From NCBI GenBank assembly GCA_043754515.1, contig JAYUUO010000282.1:12449-76448 (forward strand): a stretch of 64,000 nt of DNA. Direction: 5' to 3'. The position numbers and the translations under genes are program-made. Origin of the DNA: Armatimonadota bacterium (GTDB lineage: Bacteria; Armatimonadota; Armatimonadia; Armatimonadales; Armatimonadaceae). The notes under the pieces are model-generated. The model saw only the letters and a list, made by a program, of their open reading frames with translations. It had not been told where the DNA came from and ran no database searches. Shown here one piece after another: positions 1-9,858 of this stretch (within the stretch, counting starts at the first letter, position 1; each line of letters starts with the position of its first letter).

Positions 1-2
1 CT

Positions 3-140
3 TCGGATGCGACGCTCCGCGACAAGATGGGCGCGGCGAGCCTGGAAATCATCAACGGCTATGACTTCCGCGCGGATGTAGCGGGGCTGACATCCGCGTT
101 GCGCTCGGTCACGGGGCGCGGCGCGGCGGTGGAGCCATGA
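3..140 (+). CDS. 3' end of a probable GT4 glycosyltransferase (partial, truncated by window edge)
   Basis: Frame from nt 3 reads SDATLRDKMGAASLEIINGYDF...VEP*, typical of GT4 C-terminal helices. Its TGA overlaps the ATG of the next gene (ATGA, 137-140). Confidence 0.6.
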   Translation, partial: SDATLRDKMGAASLEIINGYDFRADVAGLTSALRSVTGRGAAVEP

Positions 141-1297
141 AATCGGCACTGAAGGTGGTGATGGTCGGCAACTTCGGCCCCGACGCGCAACACAGTATGG
201 GAGGGTTTGCGTCCGCGCTTCTCGCCGGGATGCCGGATCACGAGACGCGAGTCGAAATGATCGCCCCCCGCCCGATCGTGTCGCGGAACGTCAAGCACCA
301 CGCCGTTGGGGTCGGGAAATGGCTCGCCTACGTGGACAAGTATGTGCTGTTCCCGAAGCAACTCCGCGAGCGGGCGCGCCGCGCCGATGTGCTACATATT
401 TGTGATCAGGGTAACGGCATCTACGCGTCACAGGCGAAAGGCATCTGTCCGGTACTTTTGACCTGCCACGACCTGTTCGCCATCCGCGCGGCGCGGGGCG
501 AGGGCGGGATGTGGCAGGTATCTAAAACGGGAAGGGCGTATCAGAAGTTGATCTGGCGCGGGATCACGCAGGCGACGAACATCGCTTGCGACACTGATGC
601 CACCCGGAACGATCTTCTGCGACTGCTAACAATTCCGGGGTGCTACTCGGTGGTGCCGATGGTATCGCGCGTGCTCATCGGAATGTGCAGACCCTACGCC
701 CGGCTAGGAGCCGCCGAGTCCGAGGAGCTATTACGCGGCTCCGGGGTGCCCGATAGCGAACCTTTCTTGCTACATGTCGGAGGTAATCAGGCTTATAAGA
801 ACCGGATAGGAGTGTTGTCTATCTATGGGTCGCTCCGCGCCCGGTTATCGCCCTGTCCGCCCCTGGTTCTTGCCGGTAGGCCGATGACGGAGGCTATGCG
901 CGTGTTAGTAAGCGAGCAAGGATTGGGAGGAAGCGTCATAGAACTGACCGGGGCGAGCGACACGCAGATAAACGCCCTGTACTCGCGCGCCGTCGGCCTC
1001 CTATTCCCCTCCCTGATGGAGGGTTTCGGGCTACCGATCATTGAGGCGCAAGCCTGCGGCTGTCCGGTGTTCACGACGAACGCGGCCCCGATGACCGAGG
1101 TCGGCGGGAGCGCGGCTATCTATCTCGACCCGAGCGACCCCGAGGGCGCGGCGCGGATCGTCGCCGACGCACTCTCCAAGCCGGATAGGATGGCGCAATG
1201 TCAACGGGACGGTTATCGGAACGTCGCCGAGCGTTTCCCGGCGGAACGTATGATCGAGGACTACCGAAAACTCTACCGGGAGATGTCGGGCGTATGA
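137..1297 (+). CDS. GT4 family glycosyltransferase
   Basis: FPSLMEGFGLPIIEAQACGCPV is the GT4 EX7E motif; HVGG...YKN nucleotide-binding segment also present. Confidence 0.92.
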   Translation: MKSALKVVMVGNFGPDAQHSMGGFASALLAGMPDHETRVEMIAPRPIVSRNVKHHAVGVGKWLAYVDKYVLFPKQLRERARRADVLHICDQGNGIYASQAKGICPVLLTCHDLFAIRAARGEGGMWQVSKTGRAYQKLIWRGITQATNIACDTDATRNDLLRLLTIPGCYSVVPMVSRVLIGMCRPYARLGAAESEELLRGSGVPDSEPFLLHVGGNQAYKNRIGVLSIYGSLRARLSPCPPLVLAGRPMTEAMRVLVSEQGLGGSVIELTGASDTQINALYSRAVGLLFPSLMEGFGLPIIEAQACGCPVFTTNAAPMTEVGGSAAIYLDPSDPEGAARIVADALSKPDRMAQCQRDGYRNVAERFPAERMIEDYRKLYREMSGV

Positions 1298-1325
1298 CCG
1301 CTGACAAAGAAGAGAGGGTGAGCGT

Positions 1326-2828
1326 ATGACGAAAACTCTGCCTTACGCGCGGAACGCTTCGCCGGCGGTTTCCGCGCTGACAAACAACCCGTTGCTCTAC
1401 TGGCTGCTCGGGTCTATCGCGCTGGCGATGGGGCTGATGGTCACCGGCAGTGACATCGTTTACGCCTTGCTGGTGGGCTGTTTCGCCCTTCTGACGGGGA
1501 TGACGTTCCATGCCGTCGGTGGCTTTCACACCGTGATCGGGGTTTGCGTGCTGAATTTGGCGTGCCAGCACGTCCTCATCTCGCAGGTAGCGAAGGTCAT
1601 CTACAACGAGCGCGCCGACACCCCCCTTTACGAGCCGGTACAAACGTTGTGCGTCTATTGCGTGGGGATGGCGAGTCTCCTCGCGGGGGCATACTTCCTC
1701 CGCGCGGTTCATATTATGGAGAAGCCGTCGGCACTCGTCCCCCGGTTCGAGCAACGCTGGTTGCTGACATTCGCGCTACTCTCTACGTTTGCCACTTTCG
1801 CGCGGTTTCTAATCATAATGGCATTCAGCCATCAGACGGGCGGCATCATCGGCCCGGTTAGATCCGCCGAAATAATCCCCTCAATGGCGGTCGCCGCATC
1901 CACCGTTTATACGATTTGCGAGAGCAAGGGGCGACGTAGTCTGTCGTGGGTGAACGGGCTATCACTTTTCACGATCTTCGCCTTCGCGGTAGTTAGTGCC
2001 GGGCGCAGTTCTATGTTCATGTGCCTAATCACCTATTCCGTCACTTGTCTGGCGTATGGCTACAAACTCCGCATAAAGCATCTGATCTGCTTCGCGCTGC
2101 TAGGTTTCGTCGCCAATGTATACTTGTTCCCCTACGCTCTTTATGCGCGTAACTTCACGCGAACCAGCGACGTCGGCAAGAACACCTCCCGCGCCCGGGA
2201 CCTACTTATTGATGTCGTGCAGGACCCTCGGAAGTATGCGGAAAGAACAAATACGCACCATTACGAATCCAGTGCGCAACGTCGTATCGAACGATATTTC
2301 GACACCGTCGAAAGCACCATGGGGCGCTATCACGTGATGAGTTCGGTGGACGCGGTTGTTTCCTCTTCGCAAGATAAGCAAGAGTACGGATGGAGGACGA
2401 TCAAGCCGGTAGTCGGGATGTTGTCGCCGGGGTTTCTGAACCCCAACAAACACATCGTCCAAACGTCTAATCTGCTGGCGCATAGCGCGAGAGGTTTGGT
2501 GAGCGAGGAGGATAAAACGACAGGGATAACGCTGGGCTTCTTCTGCGACGCTTATGCCAGTTTTCGCTGGATCGGCATCATCATTACGCCGTTCCTTCTG
2601 CTCGTCGGGCTATCGGTAACGGTTCAGAAGTGCTTTGGTCTGCAGTTGAGACACAATTTCTTTGCCCTCGCGGCGGTGATACCCATGGCGTGGGCTTTTT
2701 CCGAACAGACCATCGCCGCGAACATACTGGGCATCGAAGGCGTGCTAGTTTCCACCGGCATCTACTTCCTGTTCGGCCATGTCTCGACGGTCTTGTCGGA
2801 CGCTCCGCGTAGGGCGTCCGTGGAGTAG
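1326..2828 (+). CDS. Polytopic membrane protein, putative polysaccharide polymerase (Wzy-like)
   Basis: Many hydrophobic segments with one large soluble loop in the C-terminal half; sits between glycosyltransferases. Confidence 0.55.
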   Translation: MTKTLPYARNASPAVSALTNNPLLYWLLGSIALAMGLMVTGSDIVYALLVGCFALLTGMTFHAVGGFHTVIGVCVLNLACQHVLISQVAKVIYNERADTPLYEPVQTLCVYCVGMASLLAGAYFLRAVHIMEKPSALVPRFEQRWLLTFALLSTFATFARFLIIMAFSHQTGGIIGPVRSAEIIPSMAVAASTVYTICESKGRRSLSWVNGLSLFTIFAFAVVSAGRSSMFMCLITYSVTCLAYGYKLRIKHLICFALLGFVANVYLFPYALYARNFTRTSDVGKNTSRARDLLIDVVQDPRKYAERTNTHHYESSAQRRIERYFDTVESTMGRYHVMSSVDAVVSSSQDKQEYGWRTIKPVVGMLSPGFLNPNKHIVQTSNLLAHSARGLVSEEDKTTGITLGFFCDAYASFRWIGIIITPFLLLVGLSVTVQKCFGLQLRHNFFALAAVIPMAWAFSEQTIAANILGIEGVLVSTGIYFLFGHVSTVLSDAPRRASVE

Positions 2829-2835
2829 CCCGACT

Positions 2836-3996
2836 ATGAAACATCTGCACGTTATAGCGAGCGTCAACCCGGAAGGGGGCGGTCCCATCGAAGGGATACG
2901 CCAAATATCGGCCGTCGCTAAGCAACTAGGGTATGCCGTCGAGGTGGCGTCGCTAGACAGCCCCGACGCACCATTCCTGCGTGATTTCCCGATCCCTGTT
3001 CATCCGCTCGGCCCGATGGTGGGTCGGTACGGGTACACGAGTCGCTTGGTCCCCTGGCTGAGAGCGAATGCTGGCGACTACGACATCGTCATTTTGAACG
3101 GCATATGGATGTATTCGTCGTTCGGAGGTCACCTCGGGTTGAAGGATAGCGGCGTGCCCTACGTCGTTTTCACACACGGGATGCTGGATCCGTACTTCAA
3201 AACGTTCCCGCTGAAGCACCTGAAAAAGTCCCTGTACTGGCCGTTGGCGGAATACCGAGTGTTACGCGACGCGGCGGGGGTGTGCTTTACCTGCGAGGAG
3301 GAGAAAATCCTGGCCAGGGGATCGTTCGCGCCTTACCGGTGCAACGAAATCGTGGTGAACTATGGCACCGCCGGACCCCCGCGCGGCGGGGTGAACGAAG
3401 CCGCGCAACGCGCCGCGTTTGTAGAAGCATTCCCTGAACTAGCCGGGAAGCGCCTCCTCCTATTTCTGAGCCGCATCCACCCTAAAAAGGGATGTGATCT
3501 GCTGATTGATGGGTTCGCCGCCGTGGCGAAATTATATCCTACGCTCCGACTCGTTATGGCGGGGCCGGACCAGACGGGGTGGAAAGCGGAACTCTCGGCG
3601 AGAGCAGCGAAGGCGGGCGTCGCCGACCGAATCACCTGGGCGGGGATGCTGTCCGGGGACAAGAAGTGGGGCGCGTTCCGTTGCGCCGAGGCATTCGTCC
3701 TGCCGTCGCACCAGGAGAACTTCGGTATAGTCGTCGCGGAAGCCCTCGCCTGCGGTACGCCAGTGCTAATAACGACGAAGGTCAATATTTGGCGGGAGAT
3801 AGAAAGCGACGGGGCGGGCTTGGTCGAGAGTGATACCGGAGAAGGAATTACTCGGCTACTAACGCGCTGGTTACATCTCCCGGACGCGGAACGCCAGCGG
3901 ATGCGCGAGGCCGCCCAGACCTGTTTCCTGTCACGGTTTGAGATCGAGAGCGCGGCGCATAGCCTGTTCCGCGTCCTCACGGCGTACAAAAAGTAG
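2836..3996 (+). CDS. GT4 family glycosyltransferase
   Basis: Start MKHLHVIASV..GG; LFLSRIHPKKG and LPSHQENFGIVVAEALACGTPV motifs. Confidence 0.93.
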   Translation: MKHLHVIASVNPEGGGPIEGIRQISAVAKQLGYAVEVASLDSPDAPFLRDFPIPVHPLGPMVGRYGYTSRLVPWLRANAGDYDIVILNGIWMYSSFGGHLGLKDSGVPYVVFTHGMLDPYFKTFPLKHLKKSLYWPLAEYRVLRDAAGVCFTCEEEKILARGSFAPYRCNEIVVNYGTAGPPRGGVNEAAQRAAFVEAFPELAGKRLLLFLSRIHPKKGCDLLIDGFAAVAKLYPTLRLVMAGPDQTGWKAELSARAAKAGVADRITWAGMLSGDKKWGAFRCAEAFVLPSHQENFGIVVAEALACGTPVLITTKVNIWREIESDGAGLVESDTGEGITRLLTRWLHLPDAERQRMREAAQTCFLSRFEIESAAHSLFRVLTAYKK

Positions 3997-4155
3997 ATAG
4001 CGTAAGTCAAGTACGAGGATCGTGTGCCGCGATCAGGCGGGGGATATACTAACTAATGGCCGTAAGCTACTACAGGAAGAAAGCACCCACTCAGGCACAG
4101 CGCGGTAAATCTTCCGCCATAACTTTATTCGCGCGACAAGTTCGAGGAAGTAGCC

Positions 4156-5385
4156 ATCACTAAACCCATCCCTACAGAACCTAGCCTGACCCTCCCTATT
4201 TCTCTGAACGAAAATCAGCGGAACACAAAACAAAGCAGTCTACATCTACGATATTTAGATGGCTTACGTGGCGCGGCGGCACTCTACGTAGTGCTTTATC
4301 ACGTACAGCTTTTCACGGGGCTTTATGGAGCGACATCACGCTGCCCCGTATGGCTCCGGTACTGCGCGGCGTGGTTGACGTATGGGCACTATGCGGTACC
4401 TGTGTTCATCGTACTTTCTGGCTACTGTATCTTCCTCCCTTTAATGCGAAAACGGCCAAACTACGGCTATCCATGGCTTAAAGAGTTCTTTAAACGCCGA
4501 GCACGTCGGATTTTACCAGCCTATTATGCCGCGTTGATCACCGCCGTCGGGTTGGTTTATGCTAGCAAAGTCGCACATCTAATCGAAACGGATGGGCATC
4601 TGAATGCCACGGATATTTTATCCCATCTGTTTCTCGTGCATAATTGGACGATCTACTCGCGCGCCCTTGACGGACCAATGTGGAGTGTCGCGGTGGAGTG
4701 GCAAATATATTTTATTTTCGCAATCGCTCTATTACCCGTTTTCCTTCGTTTTGGGATGATTGCGGTAGTATCGGTCGCTTTTATAGTCGGTATTATCCCT
4801 CACCTCTTTCTCCGAAATCATACCTACGACGATCAAGCGACTTTTTACGTCGTCGGGTTTGCCTTCGGCATGGCAGCATCCTGGGTGAATTTTTCCCCTG
4901 ATGAACGCGCATTCATTCTCAGGAGTCACATCCCCTGGCTGCAAATTTCGCTTGTCGCTATGGCAGTGGTGATAACTCTGTGTGCCGTGCACCCGATCGC
5001 AGTTTTTCAGTTAGGTCAAATACCGTTCCTTCCGAATTGGGCGGCGGATGGTGTCGTCGAGATGATGTCCGCGATGTTGATCATCGGTCTAACTAAAATA
5101 GCCTTGACTTCTGGTGGCAAAGACGGAATTGTTATTCATCTCCTCGAACATCCATGGCTTGTCAGGTTTGGGATATTTTCCTACAGCGTGTATCTCGTTC
5201 ATCAATTGCTTTTACGCGTTTTTGTAGATTTCTTCGCGAAACATATGTTTCACCTTGATGAGATGGGGTCGTTCTGTCTTGTGATAGCTACGTTGCCAGT
5301 CTTGATATACCTTTGTTACTTATTTTATCTTGTTTTTGAACGCCCATTCATATCAAAAGCTAAAGTTAGCGAGGCCGCTGGATGA
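4156..5385 (+). CDS. Acyltransferase-3 (OafA/YrhL-like) O-acyltransferase; start codon non-canonical and uncertain
   Basis: The family N-terminal motif YLDGLRGAAALYVVLYH lies upstream of the track start (4291). Internal motifs AVPVFIVLSG, FFKRRARRILPAY, WSVAVEWQIY, SYSVYLVH, FERP. Confidence 0.85.
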   Translation: MTKPIPTEPSLTLPISLNENQRNTKQSSLHLRYLDGLRGAAALYVVLYHVQLFTGLYGATSRCPVWLRYCAAWLTYGHYAVPVFIVLSGYCIFLPLMRKRPNYGYPWLKEFFKRRARRILPAYYAALITAVGLVYASKVAHLIETDGHLNATDILSHLFLVHNWTIYSRALDGPMWSVAVEWQIYFIFAIALLPVFLRFGMIAVVSVAFIVGIIPHLFLRNHTYDDQATFYVVGFAFGMAASWVNFSPDERAFILRSHIPWLQISLVAMAVVITLCAVHPIAVFQLGQIPFLPNWAADGVVEMMSAMLIIGLTKIALTSGGKDGIVIHLLEHPWLVRFGIFSYSVYLVHQLLLRVFVDFFAKHMFHLDEMGSFCLVIATLPVLIYLCYLFYLVFERPFISKAKVSEAAG

Positions 5386-5500
5386 ACCTCAGAGGATGCC
5401 GTTCCGCGCGGCTCACTATGCTCCCGGTTATAGTGTGCGCGACTTTCGGGTCGCCCCCTGTTGGTACGCTGGAGTTTGCCAGGGAGAGATTTACCAAAAG

Positions 5501-6658
5501 ATGAAGATAACTATTGTACAAGGGGCGTTTCTGCCGGTTCCTCCCGTGATGGGTGGGGCCGTGGAAAAGGTCTGGTACGCCCTCGGCAGTGAGTTTGCGC
5601 GTAGCGGTCATGAAGTCACTCACATCTCGCGCGGATACGGCGATCTCCCAACCATGGAAACTCACGCCGGAGTCTTCCACCACCGTGTTCCTGGCTACGA
5701 TACGCCATCGTCTTTAGCGAAGTTGAAGGCACTTGACCTCCTGTATTCGATTCGCGTGTTGCGCTCGTTGCCGCGCGCCGACATCCTCGTAACCAATACG
5801 TTCTGGCTACCCGTCCTCGCGCAACACATTCAGCGGCGAGTCGGCCGCTTATATGTCCACGTTCAGCGTTACCCGAAAGGGCAGATGGGATTATATAGCA
5901 AGTCTGCTCGCTTACAAACGGTGTCGAAGGTAATCGCGAACGCCATCAAGGGGCAGTCTCCGAACAGTGCCGCCAGAGTCAATGTGATACCGAATCCCCT
6001 TCCGGGAAGCGCGTTCTCCGACGCTGTCATCCCGATCGCTGACCGCCCAAAACGGATACTTTTTGTAGGAAGAATCCACCCGGAGAAGGGGATCGAACTC
6101 CTTCTCGCCGCGTTCGCCCGGCTAGTGAATGGGGACGAACACAAGAAGGATTGGCGGCTGATCGTCGTCGGCCCGTGGGAAAGTAAATTCGGCGGCGGGG
6201 GCGGGCTTTTCATGGATAAGTTACGTGAGCAGTCGCGAGTCGGGTTCGGCGATCCCGGAAAGGTCGAATGGGTCGGGCCAGTCTTTGACGCATCCTTGCT
6301 ACGGATGCACTTCGAGAATAGTCGTATTTTCGTTTACCCGTCGCTCGCGGGCAAGGGTGAGGCATCCCCGGTAGCGCCGCTCGAGGCGATGGCTTGCGGG
6401 TGTGCCACGCTAGTATCCGACCTGGAGTGCTTCCGCGATTACCTGACCCCGGATGTCAATGGATTCGTGTTTGATCATCGCGGTGAGGGTGGAGCACTCC
6501 GCCTCGCCGTGAGACTCCTGGAATTAACCGATGCTCCCGAGACATTACAGGCTGTAGCGACACAAGGTATCATCACGGCAAGAACTTTCGCCGCCGAGAC
6601 TGTATCGCGTGCTTACTTGAACGACTTCGACCGTGTGCTGGCGGAAGCGAAGCCGTGA
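5501..6658 (+). CDS. GT4 family glycosyltransferase
   Basis: MKITIVQGAFLPVPPVMGGAVEK start; ILFVGRIHPEKG; EASPVAPLEAMACG. Confidence 0.9.
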   Translation: MKITIVQGAFLPVPPVMGGAVEKVWYALGSEFARSGHEVTHISRGYGDLPTMETHAGVFHHRVPGYDTPSSLAKLKALDLLYSIRVLRSLPRADILVTNTFWLPVLAQHIQRRVGRLYVHVQRYPKGQMGLYSKSARLQTVSKVIANAIKGQSPNSAARVNVIPNPLPGSAFSDAVIPIADRPKRILFVGRIHPEKGIELLLAAFARLVNGDEHKKDWRLIVVGPWESKFGGGGGLFMDKLREQSRVGFGDPGKVEWVGPVFDASLLRMHFENSRIFVYPSLAGKGEASPVAPLEAMACGCATLVSDLECFRDYLTPDVNGFVFDHRGEGGALRLAVRLLELTDAPETLQAVATQGIITARTFAAETVSRAYLNDFDRVLAEAKP

Positions 6659-7242
6659 AAGTGTCAGCACAAAAGACGTTCGTTCAAGCATCCGCTTATG
6701 CCTCGCCACATCCGCTCCGGATGCGCCTCTCTCTCCTGCTGTGGGACATCATATGGCAGGGGCTTTGCGCCTGGACGCCGAAGCCGATGAACCGCTGGCG
6801 ACTTTTCGTCCTGAAGCGGTTCGGGGCGACCTTACACGGTACGCCTTTCGTCCACCAGCGTTCACGCATCCATATGCCGTGGAACCTTGTGATGCACGAC
6901 CGGGCGTGCCTGGGCGACGGCGCGGTGGCATATTCTCAGGGCGTGATCGAAATACACGCGCGGGCAACTGTTGCCCAGGAAGCATACCTCTGCACCGGCA
7001 CTCACGACTTTTCTCAGAGGGAATTGCCGCTCATAACCGCCCCTGTGATCGTGGGCGAAGATGCGTTCGTCGGGGCGCGGGCTTTTATCATGCCGGGCGT
7101 AACGGTGGGGGCGGGCAGCATAGTCGGGGCGATGTCCGTTGTAACGAAAGACGTCCCCCCGCAAGTGACCGTCGCGGGAAATCCGATCAGAGTCATCCGC
7201 GACACAGGCGTCGCGTGCGCTTCGGCGGGAGATGCCCGATGA
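6655..7242 (+). CDS. wcaF: WcaF-like hexapeptide-repeat acetyltransferase
   Basis: RIHMPWNL, YLCTGTHDF, FVGARAFIMPGVTVGAGSIVGA, VAGNP. GTGA overlap with the upstream stop. Confidence 0.85.
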   Translation: MKVSAQKTFVQASAYASPHPLRMRLSLLLWDIIWQGLCAWTPKPMNRWRLFVLKRFGATLHGTPFVHQRSRIHMPWNLVMHDRACLGDGAVAYSQGVIEIHARATVAQEAYLCTGTHDFSQRELPLITAPVIVGEDAFVGARAFIMPGVTVGAGSIVGAMSVVTKDVPPQVTVAGNPIRVIRDTGVACASAGDAR

Positions 7243-8081
7243 TCTCCGTTCTCATCCTGACCAAGAACGAGGAGATGGATCTCCCCGGATGCCTTGCCTC
7301 CGTGGCGTGGTGCGACGATATTCACGTCTTCGACTCGTTCTCGACCGATGCGACCGCGCGTGTCGCGGAGCAAGTGGGGGCCACCGTGACCCGGCGCACT
7401 TTTGATGGCTACGCCTCGCAACGCAACGCGGCCCTGCGCGGCTTGTCGTTCCGCTATCCCTGGGTTCTGATCGTGGACGCCGACGAGCGGATACCGCCCG
7501 CGCTCGCGAGCGAAATGTGCCGCTTCGTTTCGGACGAGACTGGATTCGTGGCTGGTCGCATCCGACGGCGCGATTACCTGTCGGGGTGCCACTTGAAACA
7601 TGTCCAGGCGTCGCCGCTCTACATCCGGCTGGTCCGCCCCGAGCGGGTCGCCTACGAACGCGAGGTGAACGAAGTGTTGCGCGCGGACGGCCTGGTCAAG
7701 GATTTGCGCGAGCCGTTCGACCATCACCCGTTCTCGAAAGGGCTGTCGCACTGGGTTGACAAGCACAACGTCTACTCCTCGCTCGAAGCGAAAGAGGTTC
7801 TCCGATCCCGTCAGGGCGCGAACCCGGTCTCCTTCCGGGACGCCTTTTTCGCCCGCGATTTCAGCGAACGCCGGTTCCACCAGAAAGAACTATTCTATCG
7901 TCTCCCGGCACGCCCCCTGGTAAAGTTCTTACTGCTCTACGTACTGAAACGCGGCTTCCTCGACGGCAGGGCGGGGTTTGTCTACGCGACTTTGCAGAGC
8001 ATCTACGAATACATGATCGTGCTGAAGACGGCGGAGTTGGAACGGGAAACGTCGGCGGTCAGCCCCTCGCCCCCGGTGTAA
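7239..8081 (+). CDS. GT2 family glycosyltransferase
   Basis: ISVLILTKNEE, DSFSTDAT, QRNAAL, IVDADE, KRGFLDGRAG. ATGA overlap with the wcaF stop. Confidence 0.92.
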   Translation: MISVLILTKNEEMDLPGCLASVAWCDDIHVFDSFSTDATARVAEQVGATVTRRTFDGYASQRNAALRGLSFRYPWVLIVDADERIPPALASEMCRFVSDETGFVAGRIRRRDYLSGCHLKHVQASPLYIRLVRPERVAYEREVNEVLRADGLVKDLREPFDHHPFSKGLSHWVDKHNVYSSLEAKEVLRSRQGANPVSFRDAFFARDFSERRFHQKELFYRLPARPLVKFLLLYVLKRGFLDGRAGFVYATLQSIYEYMIVLKTAELERETSAVSPSPPV

Positions 8082-8217
8082 CGCGCCGGGTGCTACTACG
8101 CTACCGGCAGTCTCGCACTCCCGGAAGCCCGCCGCATGCTCTTCTTCCGGCGGTTCGTATTAACCGCTATTGGCAAAAACGTTCCCCGCCCGTGCCGCCC
8201 CGCGATATACTGATGGT

Positions 8218-9324
8218 ATGGCAGTTACGATAGAAGACGCGAAGGGCGAACCCGCGACGCAGCTCGACGACATGGATCGCCGCCTCCTGAACGCGATACA
8301 GGACGATTTCCCACTAACGGAGCGGCCGTTCGCCGCGCTCGCGGAGCGGTTCGAGACGAACGAGAGCGACATCCTCTCGCGCATCACGCGGCTTAAAGAG
8401 GGGCGCATCATCCGGCAGATCTCCGCGATTTTCGACTCCCGGATGCTCGGCTACCACGGCTCGCTCGTGGCGATGAAGACCACGCCCGAGAACGAGGCAC
8501 ACGCGGCGGAGGTCATCAACCGGCACCCCGGCGTTTCGCATAACTACAAGCGCAACCACCCGTACAACCTCTGGTTCACCCTGACCCTGCCGCCGGGGAT
8601 GGATCTGCACGAGGAAATTACGGCTCTTGCGATGAAGGCGGGCGCGATAAACACCTGGCCCCTGCCGACGATCAAACTGCACAAGATCGGCGTCACGATG
8701 GACATGACCGGCGAGAAAGATCGGAGCGAGCGCGAGGGCGAGGACGCCCCCAAACGCACCCGAACCCGCGACTTGACGCTGACGCCCGCCGACGTACACT
8801 TGATCCGCGAGTTGCAACGTGACCTGCCCGTGATCTCCGAGCCGTTCGCGCCGTTCGCCAAGAGCCTCGGCACCAGCGTGGCGGAAGTGCTGGACGGGGC
8901 GACGCGGTTTCTGGACCAGGGCAAGATGCGCCGCTTCGCCGCCGTGCTACATCACCGCGAGGCGGGATACGCCTACAACGCGATGGCGGTCTGGATCGTG
9001 CCCGAGGAGAACCGACCCGCGGTTGGCAAGATCATGGCTAGCTTCAAGGCGGTGTCGCACTGCTACGAGCGGCCGACGTACCCGGACTGGCCATACTCGC
9101 TGTTTACGATGTTGCACGGCCAATCCGAGGCCGATTGTATCGCGATGGCGGAGCAGATCAAATCCGTGTCGGGCGTCGGCGAGTACGCGCTATTGTACTC
9201 GACCAAGGAGTACAAAAAGATCCGCGTCCAGTATTTCACCGAGGACTACGCACAGTTCCTGGATAGCGAAGGGCGCGCGCGGCGTCCCGGTGACGCGGCT
9301 CCAGAACTTGTCACGGTGTTTTAA
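8218..9324 (+). CDS. Siroheme decarboxylase, fused AhbA+AhbB (NirDL/NirGH-like, Lrp/AsnC fold)
   Basis: Two tandem units: IQDDFPLTERPF...HPGVSHNYKRNHPYNLWFTL and LQRDLPVISEPF...VSHCYERPTYPDWPYSLFTMLHG...STKEYKK. Confidence 0.85.
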   Translation: MAVTIEDAKGEPATQLDDMDRRLLNAIQDDFPLTERPFAALAERFETNESDILSRITRLKEGRIIRQISAIFDSRMLGYHGSLVAMKTTPENEAHAAEVINRHPGVSHNYKRNHPYNLWFTLTLPPGMDLHEEITALAMKAGAINTWPLPTIKLHKIGVTMDMTGEKDRSEREGEDAPKRTRTRDLTLTPADVHLIRELQRDLPVISEPFAPFAKSLGTSVAEVLDGATRFLDQGKMRRFAAVLHHREAGYAYNAMAVWIVPEENRPAVGKIMASFKAVSHCYERPTYPDWPYSLFTMLHGQSEADCIAMAEQIKSVSGVGEYALLYSTKEYKKIRVQYFTEDYAQFLDSEGRARRPGDAAPELVTVF

Positions 9325-9391
9325 GGGCGACCCTAGCGGGTAAACCATACCAGAGAACTACTGTTTGCATTAACTGGAGAATATTACCCTG

Positions 9392-9811
9392 ATGGCACGA
9401 ACGAAAAAGCACGAGAACCCTGAGGCGATTGAAACGCTTCGGCGCGACGCGATGATGGCGCACCTGTTGGACGCATTAGACGCCGGTACCGACATCGGAC
9501 ATTACGGGCGGTTCGTTTTCGCGACTATCGCGCGGCACTTCCTGTCCGAGGACGAGTTGGTGTCGGTGCTGGACCGCGACTCCGATTTCGACGAGGTTGC
9601 GGCGCGGCGGCTGGTCCACGACGTCAACCAGCGCGACTACAGCCCGCCGCGCCGCGAGAAGATCCTCGACTTCCAGTCCCGCCAGGAATTCCCGATCATC
9701 CCGAATCCAGACGACCCAGATTTCGGCAACGTCTACCGCGACTTGACCTTCCCGGACCGGGTGTATAACCACATCAGCGAGTACCACCACGAAAAGGAAC
9801 ATGCTCAGTAG
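9392..9811 (+). CDS. Hypothetical protein, possibly primase large-subunit C-terminal-domain-like
   Basis: GGAG SD upstream; codon usage like neighbouring genes; motif LDAGTDIGHYGRFVF...DYSPP. Confidence 0.7.
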   Translation: MARTKKHENPEAIETLRRDAMMAHLLDALDAGTDIGHYGRFVFATIARHFLSEDELVSVLDRDSDFDEVAARRLVHDVNQRDYSPPRREKILDFQSRQEFPIIPNPDDPDFGNVYRDLTFPDRVYNHISEYHHEKEHAQ

Positions 9812-9858
9812 AACGGGCCACGTCCGGGGGGTGACCGATCCCGCCTCCCGGACACCCG

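Noticed and set aside
6633..7238. N-terminal 200-aa extension of the GT2 ORF in the track
   Set aside because: It overlaps wcaF in another frame; the GT2 motif starts at ATG 7239, coupled to the wcaF stop.
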